A stretch of 64,000 nt of DNA, from positions 8,535-72,534 of the forward strand of contig JAGWVF010000004.1 in NCBI GenBank assembly GCA_018971045.1, in the 5' to 3' direction. Below the pieces are notes generated by a model, which ran no database searches, had not been told where the DNA came from, and worked only from the letters and a program-made list of their open reading frames with translations. Shown piece by piece: positions 35,438 to 44,009 of the stretch. The stretch comes from Patescibacteria group bacterium. Lineage in GTDB: Bacteria > Patescibacteriota > Minisyncoccia > Phycocordibacterales > Phycocordibacteraceae. Each line of letters starts with the position of its first letter. Position 1 is the stretch's first letter. The position numbers and the translations under genes are program-made.

Positions 35438-36799
35438 ATGTCCGCCGACCAGAGCAGGGTTCCTCCGCAATCGCTTGAATCAGAGCGCGCGTTGCTCGGC
35501 GCGCTCCTCTTGAAGCCGGACGTGATCCATGACGTTTCGGATCTCATTAGCGCGGATTCTTTTTATGCGGAAAAGCATCGTCTCATCTTTGGCGCCATGC
35601 GCGAACTCGCCGAGCGCGGCGACCCAATCGATCAGCTCTCGCTCACCCAGCGCCTCCAGGATCAAGGGCTTCTCGAGCGTGCCGGCGGCCGCACCTATCT
35701 GGCCGAGCTCGCGGGGTCTGCGCCTGCGCCGGGTAATTATTCCCACTATGCCGAGCTCGTTTCGCGCAAGTCCCTGATGCGCTCGCTCATCGAAGCGGCA
35801 TACGGCATTACCGAATCGGCCTTTGATGAGGCGCGCGAAACGATGGAGGTGCTCGACGAAGCCGAGAAAGCAATCTACGCTATCGGCAACGCGTCAGTCG
35901 CGCATAAGTTCACCGCGATCGGAGACAAGATTCACGAGGCGTGGGAGCGCATTGAAGCGCTTTCTCATAAGGAAGACGGCATTCGCGGCGTGCCTTCCGG
36001 CTTCCCTACGCTCGATACGCTCCTCTCCGGCTTCCATCCTTCGGATCTCGTGATTCTTGCGGCGCGCCCGTCGATGGGCAAGACGTCGCTCGCGCTTGAT
36101 ATCGCGCGCAATGCCGCCGTTCGCCACAATGTGCCCGTCGGCATCTTCTCGCTTGAAATGAGCTCGGAGCAGCTCATCGACCGCATGCTCGCCGCTGAGT
36201 CCTTCGTGAATTCGTGGAAATTGCGCACCGGCCAGGTCAAGGATGAGGAAGATTTTAACCGCATCCGCGACGCTCTCGAGGTGCTCTCGAAAGCGCCGAT
36301 TTATATTGACGACAAGCCGGGGAACAATATTCTCGCGATGCGCGCCGTTGCCCGGCGCTTGAAGCGCGAGCGCGGCATCGGGCTTATCGTCGTGGACTAT
36401 CTCCAGCTCATGGCGCCCACCACGACCAAAGCTTCGGACTCGATGGTACAGCAGGTCACCGAGATCTCGCGTTCCCTGAAGTCGCTCGCGCGCGAGCTCG
36501 AAGTGCCCGTTATCGCGCTTTCGCAGCTCTCGCGCGCGGTCGAACAGCGCGGCGGCAAGCCCCGCCTCTCCGATCTGCGCGATTCAGGCTCTATCGAACA
36601 GGACGCGGACGTGGTGATGTTCATTCACCGCGAAGACAAGACGAACAAGGAGAGCGATCGGCCGAATGTCGCCGAGATCTTAATTGAGAAGCACCGAAAC
36701 GGACCGACCGGCAGAGCGGAGCTTTATTTCGACGAGAAGCGCGCGACCTTCCAGCCGCTCGACACTTCCGGCTACGGCGATCTCGCTGAAGAATTCTAG
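35438..36799 (+). CDS. dnaB: Replicative DNA helicase DnaB
   Basis: N-terminal ESERALLGALLL; Walker A ARPSMGKTSLALDIA; RecA-like C-terminal domain. Confidence 0.95.
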   Translation: MSADQSRVPPQSLESERALLGALLLKPDVIHDVSDLISADSFYAEKHRLIFGAMRELAERGDPIDQLSLTQRLQDQGLLERAGGRTYLAELAGSAPAPGNYSHYAELVSRKSLMRSLIEAAYGITESAFDEARETMEVLDEAEKAIYAIGNASVAHKFTAIGDKIHEAWERIEALSHKEDGIRGVPSGFPTLDTLLSGFHPSDLVILAARPSMGKTSLALDIARNAAVRHNVPVGIFSLEMSSEQLIDRMLAAESFVNSWKLRTGQVKDEEDFNRIRDALEVLSKAPIYIDDKPGNNILAMRAVARRLKRERGIGLIVVDYLQLMAPTTTKASDSMVQQVTEISRSLKSLARELEVPVIALSQLSRAVEQRGGKPRLSDLRDSGSIEQDADVVMFIHREDKTNKESDRPNVAEILIEKHRNGPTGRAELYFDEKRATFQPLDTSGYGDLAEEF

Positions 36800-37402
36800 A
36801 TGGATCACATTGAGGAACTCGCTCGTGCGCTCGCCCGCTTCCCGGGCATCGGCCCCCGCCAGGGGAAACGCTTCGTGTATTACTTGCTCTCCTCGTCGGC
36901 TCTCGAACGGAGCAGGCTCGCCGAACTTATTCTTGCCCTCGAGAAGTCGGTCCTCCAATGCCCGGAATGCCGGCGCTTTCATAATGGAACGACTGATGCC
37001 CTCTGTAATTACTGCGCCGACGCGAGGCGCGACGACGCGCTTCTCATGCTGGTTGAGAAGGATCAGGATCTCGCGGCTATCGAGCGCGCCGGCACCTACA
37101 ACGGCCGCTACTTCGTTCTCGGGGGCGTGCTTACGCTCACCGGCAAGGGGGCAATCCGCGAGAAAGAGCTGATAAAAATGACGGAGAGGCGCGCCAAGGC
37201 CGGCCTCACGGAAATCGTTCTCGCGCTCTCGGCGACGAGCGAAGGCGAACACACGGCGGATCATATCCGCTCGCTCCTCGCTCCCTATCGCGACCATCTT
37301 AAAATCTCGATCCTCGGCCGCGGCCTCGCGACCGGAAGCGAGCTCGAATACTCCGACGCCGAGACGCTTCGCGCCGCCCTTACGAATCGTAAAGAAACGT
37401 GA
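36800..37402 (+). CDS. recR: Recombination protein RecR
   Basis: HhH LARFPGIGPRQGKR; C4 zinc finger CPECRRFHNGTTDALCNYC; Toprim domain. Confidence 0.9.
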   Translation: MDHIEELARALARFPGIGPRQGKRFVYYLLSSSALERSRLAELILALEKSVLQCPECRRFHNGTTDALCNYCADARRDDALLMLVEKDQDLAAIERAGTYNGRYFVLGGVLTLTGKGAIREKELIKMTERRAKAGLTEIVLALSATSEGEHTADHIRSLLAPYRDHLKISILGRGLATGSELEYSDAETLRAALTNRKET

Positions 37403-37414
37403 ACCCGCGGCCTC

Positions 37415-38500
37415 TTAGCGCTCTTGGACGAAGGTGAGCGCCTTGCCTTTATTCTCGGCGCGGCCGGTGCGGCCGATCCGGTGGACATAGTCCTCATACG
37501 TCGAGGGGAGATCGTAATTAATCACGTGCGAGACGGCCGGAATATCAAGGCCGCGCGCGGCGACATCGGTCGCCACGAGCACCGTCACGCGCCCGTGTTT
37601 AAAGGCTTCAAGGGCGCGGATGCGCGCGCCATAGGTCTTGTTCCCATGAATACTCTCCGCGAACAAACGCCGACGCGAAAGCGCTTTCGCGAGCTTCTCA
37701 ACGCCGTATTTCGTTCTCCCAAAAACGAGCACTCTGCTGAAATCACGATTCTGAAGAAGCTCGACGAGTACCTCGAATTTATCTTTTCCGCGCGGAATAC
37801 GAACGACATCCTGCTCGACATTTTTCGAAGTATCCTGCGTTTTAACTGAAATGATGATCGGCTGAGTGAGGAAGTCGCCGATGAGCCGCTCGATATCCTT
37901 GCTCATCGTCGCCGAGAAAAAGAGCGTGTGGCGCTCTTTGCGCATTTTCCCGAGAATGAGCCGCATATCGTCAATGAAGCCCATATCAAGCATGCGATCG
38001 GCTTCATCCAAAACGACCGTGCCGAAATTCGTGAGATCGAGCGATCGGCGTTCTATCAGATCCTTAAGGCGGCCCGGAGTACCTATGACGAATGCGGGGT
38101 CGAACTTCAGTCCGGCGATCTGCGGGCCGATATTCGCGCCGCCGACGGCGACCATTCCGCGAAAGCCGAGTCCGCGCGCGAAACCGGCAAGCTCCTTCTC
38201 GATCTGGACCGCGAGCTCGCGCGTCGGCGCCATGATAAGAACGCGCTCCCCTTTCTGTTTCATCACCTTGTCGATGAGCGGAATAAGAAAAGCCGCCGTT
38301 TTCCCCGTGCCGGTTTCGGCGAGTCCCACGACATCCTGCCCGAGAAGCGCGTGCGGGATGGCTTTATCTTGAATCGGAGTCGGCGATACATAGCGGCGCG
38401 CCTCAATATTCTTCTTTAAATGCGCATTGATATCGAAATCCGAAAAAGCGTGTTCAGGAACGAACGCCGGCTCCGAGGTCGTAACCGTCGTCTTATGCAT
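37415..38500 (-). CDS. DEAD-box ATP-dependent RNA helicase. Start chosen at M74 of the track ORF because AGGAGA lies 11 nt upstream; the in-frame RG-rich extension to 38719 is possible.
   Basis: Q motif; AETGTGKTAAF; VLDEADRMLDMGF; SAT; HRIGRTGRAENKG. Confidence 0.8.
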   Translation of the reverse strand: MHKTTVTTSEPAFVPEHAFSDFDINAHLKKNIEARRYVSPTPIQDKAIPHALLGQDVVGLAETGTGKTAAFLIPLIDKVMKQKGERVLIMAPTRELAVQIEKELAGFARGLGFRGMVAVGGANIGPQIAGLKFDPAFVIGTPGRLKDLIERRSLDLTNFGTVVLDEADRMLDMGFIDDMRLILGKMRKERHTLFFSATMSKDIERLIGDFLTQPIIISVKTQDTSKNVEQDVVRIPRGKDKFEVLVELLQNRDFSRVLVFGRTKYGVEKLAKALSRRRLFAESIHGNKTYGARIRALEAFKHGRVTVLVATDVAARGLDIPAVSHVINYDLPSTYEDYVHRIGRTGRAENKGKALTFVQER

Positions 38501-38795
38501 GAATTTGGCGATCTCCTGTTCGGTTTCTCCGAAGGAGCCGAAACCGCGCCGGCGCGCCGGCGCGCGGCTCGGACGGCTGAATTCGGAACTCCTGCGCGAA
38601 GGAAAGGCCGAACGGCCTCCGCGCGCCCCTGCGGCGCGCGGAGCATACGAACGATGATCGCCTCTTCGATTCGACGGCGAGTTTTCGGATGATTGATGAT
38701 TCCAGCGCCCTACTTGCATAAGTATGTGTATTTAGAAAAATAATGGAAACCGCAGACACATGGTGTCCGCCCCGGTCAATCACCGTACGAGGCGA

Positions 38796-39113
38796 CTAAG
38801 ATATCGAGTCGATCTTGACTTCAAGAATCGGTTGGCGGTGCCCTTTGCGCTTGTAGTAGCGACTCTTCGGTTTATACTTCACCACCTCGACTTTCTTATC
38901 CAATCCGGCGAGAACAACGGTGCCCTTGACCTCAGCGCCTTTGATGGTCGGCGCTCCGATGGTCGTGTCCGAGCCGTTGTCTACGAGGAGCACCTCGTCA
39001 AAAACAACCGTGTCACCTTTCTTCAAATCCCCCGGGAGCTTCTCAATAATGATGGTGTCGCCCTTTGAGACGACATACTGCTTCCCGCCGGTCTTGATTA
39101 CGGCCACTTCCAT
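38796..39113 (-). CDS. rplU: 50S ribosomal protein L21
   Basis: MEVAVIKTGGKQYVVSKGDTIIIEKL. Confidence 0.9.
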   Translation of the reverse strand: MEVAVIKTGGKQYVVSKGDTIIIEKLPGDLKKGDTVVFDEVLLVDNGSDTTIGAPTIKGAEVKGTVVLAGLDKKVEVVKYKPKSRYYKRKGHRQPILEVKIDSIS

Positions 39114-39140
39114 AGTTCGCCTAATCTAGCACGTCTGCGG

Positions 39141-39176
39141 CTAAAAGACAAGGCGGATCGATCGATCCGCCTTGTT
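39141..39176 (-). terminator. 28-bp perfect palindrome ACAAGGCGGATCGATCGATCCGCCTTGT, likely terminator for the upstream minus-strand gene
   Basis: Perfect inverted repeat followed on the minus strand by CTTTTAG; lies between the 39183 stop and the rplU start. Confidence 0.5.
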
Positions 39177-39182
39177 TATGCG

Positions 39183-39506
39183 TTACTTCCGCCTTGCGCG
39201 AGCGAGGCTCTTTTTAGCCAGCGCTTTTCTCAGAATTCGCGATGGTCTCCTCCTTTTTCTTAGAAACGGCCACGCCTTGACCGCTCCGTAGGCAGACTCC
39301 CGATAGAAGATTTGGAACTTAAGAAAGCCGGACGCCTCGTTTTTAAGCAGTTTCGCGATAAACGAGTAATCGCATTGCCAGAGATCGCGCTTATTGCCGT
39401 CCCGGCAAAGAACGCCCGTATGAGCATTCTCTGCCGGCAATCCTGCGGCGATCACCTCATTGGTGTGTCCGGTCGCTTCGACATACCACACTTTCGCACT
39501 AACCAT
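39183..39506 (-). CDS. Hypothetical protein with a basic C-terminal tail (RKRRRPSRILRKALAKKSLARARRK)
   Basis: ORF only; no recognisable motif. Confidence 0.35.
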   Translation of the reverse strand: MVSAKVWYVEATGHTNEVIAAGLPAENAHTGVLCRDGNKRDLWQCDYSFIAKLLKNEASGFLKFQIFYRESAYGAVKAWPFLRKRRRPSRILRKALAKKSLARARRK

Positions 39507-39591
39507 GATATTCCTCCAAATGAGCGCGGCCTATCCGAGAGCATACGTTCCGCGCTGTTTTCGTCAAGAGCAACCATGCCCATTCGATTTC

Positions 39592-40653
39592 TTACTCCTC
39601 TGACGCGAGCGGCTTGTCGAGAAGCGTCGGATCAAGCTCGAGCCTCTCGCCGGCGATCCGGTAGACATCTTTATCAATTTTCCCAAGCTCTTTATACCCG
39701 GCGTTGTAGTGGCTCACCGTCGTTCCAAGCGAGACGCCGAGCTTGCGATAAAACTCCTCGTAAGAGCCGATATGCTTTCCGAGCTCTCCGACGCGCTTTT
39801 GGATTTCGGCGGCCTTTTCCTCGATCTGGAGCGCTTTAAGCCCCTGCATCACCGTCTGGAGATACGCAAGGAGTGAAGTCGGCGAAACAATGATGACCTT
39901 ATACTTGCTCGCGGCGCGCTGAATGAGATTCTCTTCTTCTCCGCTGCCGCCGATCTGGTTCGTCAGCAAATCGTAGTAGATCCCCTCGGAGGGGATGAAC
40001 ATGAACGCGAAATCCATCGTGTCTTCTTCTGGCCGGATATACTTGGCCGTCTCCTGGATGCGGAGCTTGAGATCATTCACGAACGCCTTTTCGGCAACTG
40101 CGCGCTCAGGCGTGCCTGCCGGCGTACCGACGAAGCGATTATAGTTGTCGAGTGAGAATTTAGAATCCACCGGCACCAGTCTTTTATTAATCTTGATGAC
40201 TGCGTCAACGATTTCTCCGTTCTGAAAGGGATGCTGTATCGCATAGTCCTCGGGCGACATGACGTTCCGCAATACCGTCTCGAGATAATATTCGCCGAGA
40301 ATGCCGCGCTGTTTGGGGTTCTTCAGGAGATCTTGAAGCGACTGCAGCTGTTCGGCATAAGTCTGCGTTTGACGGCCGATTTCCTTTACCGAGGTGAGCT
40401 CGGCGGTTATTTCCTTAATGAGCTTGTTCGATTCAGAGACTTGTCGATGAGCGCTCTCCTGCATCACTTTCGACGATTCCGAGACGCGCGCGTCAAGCGT
40501 GCGTTCTAAGTTCTGGAGTTGTTGTTGAAGAAGCACCATCGCGGCGTTGCCCTCAGCGGCGGGCGCCTCGCGCCGGCGGAGAATAAGAAAGAGTCCGATG
40601 CCCTGCACAAACAGGAGGCCGAGCACGATGAGCGCTATCGTAAAGAGGTTCAT
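39592..40653 (-). CDS. rmuC: DNA recombination protein RmuC
   Basis: N-terminal TM helix; coiled-coil; RmuC C-terminal domain ...AFMFIPSEGIYYD...VIIVSPTSLLAYLQTV. Confidence 0.8.
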   Translation of the reverse strand: MNLFTIALIVLGLLFVQGIGLFLILRRREAPAAEGNAAMVLLQQQLQNLERTLDARVSESSKVMQESAHRQVSESNKLIKEITAELTSVKEIGRQTQTYAEQLQSLQDLLKNPKQRGILGEYYLETVLRNVMSPEDYAIQHPFQNGEIVDAVIKINKRLVPVDSKFSLDNYNRFVGTPAGTPERAVAEKAFVNDLKLRIQETAKYIRPEEDTMDFAFMFIPSEGIYYDLLTNQIGGSGEEENLIQRAASKYKVIIVSPTSLLAYLQTVMQGLKALQIEEKAAEIQKRVGELGKHIGSYEEFYRKLGVSLGTTVSHYNAGYKELGKIDKDVYRIAGERLELDPTLLDKPLASEE

Positions 40654-40674
40654 CGGTATAGTATACTCTCTACT

Positions 40675-41130
40675 ATGGCTATTCACGAGACATTGAAACA
40701 ATCGATCCCCGAAGCGCTACGCGCTCGCGACGAGGTGCGGCTCAGAACGCTCCGCTCGCTCGTTACCGCGATGACCAATGAGGTCGTCGCAAAGAAACGG
40801 AAGCCCGACGAATTCCTCTCCGACGATGAAGCGCTCGCGGTCTTGAAGCGTGCGGCGAGCCAGCGCAAGGATTCCATTGATCAGTTCGAGACTGCGGGAC
40901 GCGCCGATCTGGCCGCTCCCGAGAAGCAGGAGCTCGTGATCATCGAGACGTACCTCCCTGTTCTCATGAACCGCGAGGAAATCGAGTCGATAGCGAAGGC
41001 CAGGATGGCTGAAATGGGCGTCGCGTCGAAGGCCGAAGCGGGCAAGTTTACCGGCACTCTGATGAAAGAACTTAAAGGGAGGGCGGACGGCGCCGACGTC
41101 AAGGCAGTCGTGGATAGCTTGCTTTCTTAA
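40675..41130 (+). CDS. GatB/YqeY domain-containing protein
   Basis: LKQSIPEALRARDEVRLRTLRSLVTAMTNE...; typical YqeY length; divergent from rmuC across a 21-bp gap. Confidence 0.75.
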   Translation: MAIHETLKQSIPEALRARDEVRLRTLRSLVTAMTNEVVAKKRKPDEFLSDDEALAVLKRAASQRKDSIDQFETAGRADLAAPEKQELVIIETYLPVLMNREEIESIAKARMAEMGVASKAEAGKFTGTLMKELKGRADGADVKAVVDSLLS

Positions 41131-41181
41131 ACGAGATGGGTTATAATATATTTGTTCTTTCTATTATTGAAGGGGGTAAGA

Positions 41182-41409
41182 ATGCGTGCACGAGTAGTGC
41201 CCTCCGAAGTGCAAGAGGCGCGGAAAAAAGGGGATAAAAAGAAACTCGCCGCGCTTGGCCGCGCGGGCGGGCGGGCGAGCGCCGAGGCGCGCGCGATCTC
41301 CAAGATTCTCGACGCAGAGCGCCGAGAGCGCCTCCTCGAAGAGGTCCGGAAAGTCGGGGAGGGGATATACTCCGTCTCGCCGGACGGAGACGTACTCCCA
41401 CCGTCTTAA
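41182..41409 (+). CDS. Small basic hypothetical protein (about 75 aa)
   Basis: GGGGG/AAGGGGG SD about 6 nt upstream of the ATG at 41182; K/R/A-rich; GC-rich hairpin terminator follows. Confidence 0.35.
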   Translation: MRARVVPSEVQEARKKGDKKKLAALGRAGGRASAEARAISKILDAERRERLLEEVRKVGEGIYSVSPDGDVLPPS

Positions 41410-41414
41410 CGTAA

Positions 41415-41460
41415 AGAGACGGGCATCGCGCGGCAGCTTCGGCTCCCGCGCGTCTTGTTT
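41415..41460 (+). terminator. GC-rich hairpin (CGCGCGG...CCGCGCG) plus TCTTGTTTAAA
   Basis: 7-bp-plus stem with a U-rich tail right after the 41409 stop. Confidence 0.5.
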
Positions 41461-41503
41461 AAACGCTTCCCCACTTCTCTCTTTGATGTTATAAATCAGC
41501 CAC

Positions 41504-41575
41504 GGCCTCATCGTCTAACGGTTAGGACAGATCCCTCTCACGGATCAAATCGGGGTTCGATTCCCCGTGAGGTCA
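41504..41575 (+). tRNA. tRNA-Glu (anticodon CUC)
   Basis: Hand-folded cloverleaf: acceptor GGCCTCA/TGAGGTC; D-stem GTCT/GGAC; anticodon stem GATCC/GGATC with loop CTCTCAC; T-arm CGGGG-TTCGATT-CCCCG; extended -10 TGtTATAAAT about 7 nt upstream. Confidence 0.75.
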
Positions 41576-41633
41576 CAAAGCAAAGCTTCGCTATCAGGAA
41601 GCCCGAAATGGGCGTGTGCCTTCGGCGCGAGTG

Positions 41634-42413
41634 CTATTTATGAAAGCGCTTAAAGTAGACATCGATTTCATCTCGAAGCTCAATGCCGACTCTTTCAAAG
41701 CAGTCGAGCAAATTTTTGTAGGTATTTTTACCGCCAAGAAAATCCCAAAATTCGTCTGCCACCTTAAGTTCATTTTCTAAATCAAGCATTCCGCGCATTG
41801 TCCATCGTGTGTACGGCTCCGGCTCGTACGGATTATACGGAATAGCAATAAAAGTATTTACATTGGCTTTTGGATTATTTACCAAAATTACAGCAACCCA
41901 TTCAAGTAAGGTTCTTTTAAACTCTTTAAACCCGCCTGCATTTGGTTTTGCGGTTTTGATATCGAACAAAAAATATTCACCATCTTTTGACTCAACCATT
42001 AAATCAACTTTCGTCGGCTTTACTTTGATCATTCTACCTGTCTGGCAGACTTTTCGAATTCTTTCAATCTCATCTTTCTTATTCGGAATGATCGTTGCCG
42101 TAGTAAGACCATCAATAATTTTTTGTATCTCGGCCTGTGCGCCAGTGCTTATTTGATTCCCAGCTGTAGCTTGCGAAATCGCCATCTTAAAGCTCTTTTG
42201 CGCTAGAGCAAGGCCAACCGGCTCAAAAATACTCGTACCAAAATTTGTATTGAGAGAATGAATAAATGAATATAGAGCGAGCCTGTCTTTGCCAAGCAAC
42301 CGTGTATGGAAAGGCATTGACGCTGGCTCTGGTTTATAATTTTGAAATTTGTTTCGCAAACTTGCTTTCAAAACCTCTTCAATACTATTTACTTGTTCTT
42401 TAGATAAAGCCAT
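41634..42413 (-). CDS. Type II restriction endonuclease (PD-(D/E)xK-like), hypothetical specificity
   Basis: D-x13-DIK core (KVDLMVESKDGEYFLFDIKTAK); lies 3 nt downstream of the MTase on the same strand; low GC. Confidence 0.55.
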   Translation of the reverse strand: MALSKEQVNSIEEVLKASLRNKFQNYKPEPASMPFHTRLLGKDRLALYSFIHSLNTNFGTSIFEPVGLALAQKSFKMAISQATAGNQISTGAQAEIQKIIDGLTTATIIPNKKDEIERIRKVCQTGRMIKVKPTKVDLMVESKDGEYFLFDIKTAKPNAGGFKEFKRTLLEWVAVILVNNPKANVNTFIAIPYNPYEPEPYTRWTMRGMLDLENELKVADEFWDFLGGKNTYKNLLDCFERVGIELRDEIDVYFKRFHK

Positions 42414-42416
42414 AAA

Positions 42417-43991
42417 TTATTTTGATTTAAAATGAAAGATTATTTCTGAATAAGGATTTCGATCACGCTCTGTTCGGTTTAACACAGGACGCTTGAATTG
42501 ATTGACGATTTTCATTCCCGATTTTTCTGCAATTTCAGGGTAAAGATTATATTTATCGTTTGCTACAAGGAAAATATCAAAGTCGGTTTTGAGATACTGT
42601 TTGCAATTATTCAAAACATCGGCTATTCCTTGAGCGTACGACCGCCGAGCTTCTTGCCCTTGCCCCTTGTACAGGGGACCTATTTCTAAGTCATCCTTTC
42701 GTTTAAATCCGAATAGATCGTACGCATAAGCGTGTTGTTCATGATAATCAATCTGTCCGACATAAGGAGGGGAGCAAAAAATACCTGCTATTTTCTGCTT
42801 TTTAAGAACCTTCGCGAATTCAGGGTTTTGTTTTTCTACCTTCTCAAAGATATCCACTGTTCTTGAATCTCCCGTTATAACAGAGTAGTGAGCTGGTTTA
42901 CGCAATGTATTAAACTCTTTAATACGACCTCGCGTATCAAGCGCATAGCGATTAAGCATTGTTTTTATGGAGAAAAGTGGTTTACAGATTTTCTTATGCT
43001 TAAAACAGTAATATGTTGTAAGTTGTGGTTCTTTGAGCGTCGCTAAATCACTATGGGTTGTCGCTCGACACGATCTAATTGTTCGGCTTAAAATAAGCGC
43101 TAGAATTTTGCGTGTTTTAACATCTTTTTCTTGTTTGATAGCTTGAAACACGTGATCTATCTCACGGCGAACATTATCCATAAACCAAATATCGAGAAAA
43201 GAATCTGATTTACTCTGCTTGAGCTTGATGGAATACTTTTTGAGCAATTTTTGATAGGTTGGCAGAAATTCTCGTTCTTTTTCGGTAGAAAATTTCTTTT
43301 CATCAAAATTTCCTTGATTGATTTTATATTTAAAATCGTGACCCGGGAAATACCTACTGTTAAACTTCGCTAATTCCGCTAAAAGCTCGGTCTCAAATTC
43401 TCGAATTTGATTATCATGTTCAAACGTATCTAACGTGAAAAGCATTTTTTTAATCGCTTTTTGCAAATATTCGTCGTCATAACGTGTTGCCTTACAGCTC
43501 GCAATCATACAATTAAACTCTGACACATCTATACCCACTGAATGAATACCCATTTCTAACGACTGAATAAGCGTCGTGCCTGAACCCATGAAAGGATCGA
43601 GAATAACATCTCCCATTTTGAAATAAACTTCTTTTTTAAAATCGTCCGTATGCGTGTCTATAAAATACTCGACAAGTTGAGGAATGTATTTGCCTTTGTA
43701 GGGGTGGAGACGGTGAACATGCTTTGTGGTATCTTTTTCTCGTAAATTATCGAAAGAAAGTATCCAGTTAAGATCATCGCCAAGGTTTTTCTTCCAGCTT
43801 ATCTCGCGCTCCCCATTATAGGATTGGTAGTATTTTTTTAGATCACCTAAATCAACCATTGTTGAACCATTTTCACCGTATTTCTTCACTTTGCCATATT
43901 GCACAAGATATGAAATGTTCGTTGGCGACACCTCTTTTTCGAGATAATCGGTAGCCCATTTTGATGCTTCCGGTATAGATACTAGAGACAT
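42417..43991 (-). CDS. DNA amino-methyltransferase (N4-cytosine or N6-adenine), cognate R-M MTase
   Basis: AdoMet motif HRLHPYKGK...VILDPFMGSGTT (beta-class style) near aa 90-140; catalytic motif IV IFCSPPY near aa 405; this is the reverse of the usual beta-class IV-then-I order. Confidence 0.8.
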   Translation of the reverse strand: MSLVSIPEASKWATDYLEKEVSPTNISYLVQYGKVKKYGENGSTMVDLGDLKKYYQSYNGEREISWKKNLGDDLNWILSFDNLREKDTTKHVHRLHPYKGKYIPQLVEYFIDTHTDDFKKEVYFKMGDVILDPFMGSGTTLIQSLEMGIHSVGIDVSEFNCMIASCKATRYDDEYLQKAIKKMLFTLDTFEHDNQIREFETELLAELAKFNSRYFPGHDFKYKINQGNFDEKKFSTEKEREFLPTYQKLLKKYSIKLKQSKSDSFLDIWFMDNVRREIDHVFQAIKQEKDVKTRKILALILSRTIRSCRATTHSDLATLKEPQLTTYYCFKHKKICKPLFSIKTMLNRYALDTRGRIKEFNTLRKPAHYSVITGDSRTVDIFEKVEKQNPEFAKVLKKQKIAGIFCSPPYVGQIDYHEQHAYAYDLFGFKRKDDLEIGPLYKGQGQEARRSYAQGIADVLNNCKQYLKTDFDIFLVANDKYNLYPEIAEKSGMKIVNQFKRPVLNRTERDRNPYSEIIFHFKSK

Positions 43992-44009
43992 AAAGCTATG
44001 TTAGCATTT

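Larger units (their letters stand above)
41577..44009 (-). other. Low-GC (about 38-42%) genomic island carrying a Type II restriction-modification system, inserted between tRNA-Glu and murF
   Basis: Abrupt GC drop relative to the ~60% flanks; tRNA-adjacent; contains an MTase and a REase; no integrase seen. Confidence 0.65.

Noticed and set aside
38501-38719. RG-rich in-frame N-terminal extension of the DEAD-box helicase
   Set aside because: Not rejected outright. The internal start with AGGAGA SD is preferred and the extension is kept as an alternative (see findings).
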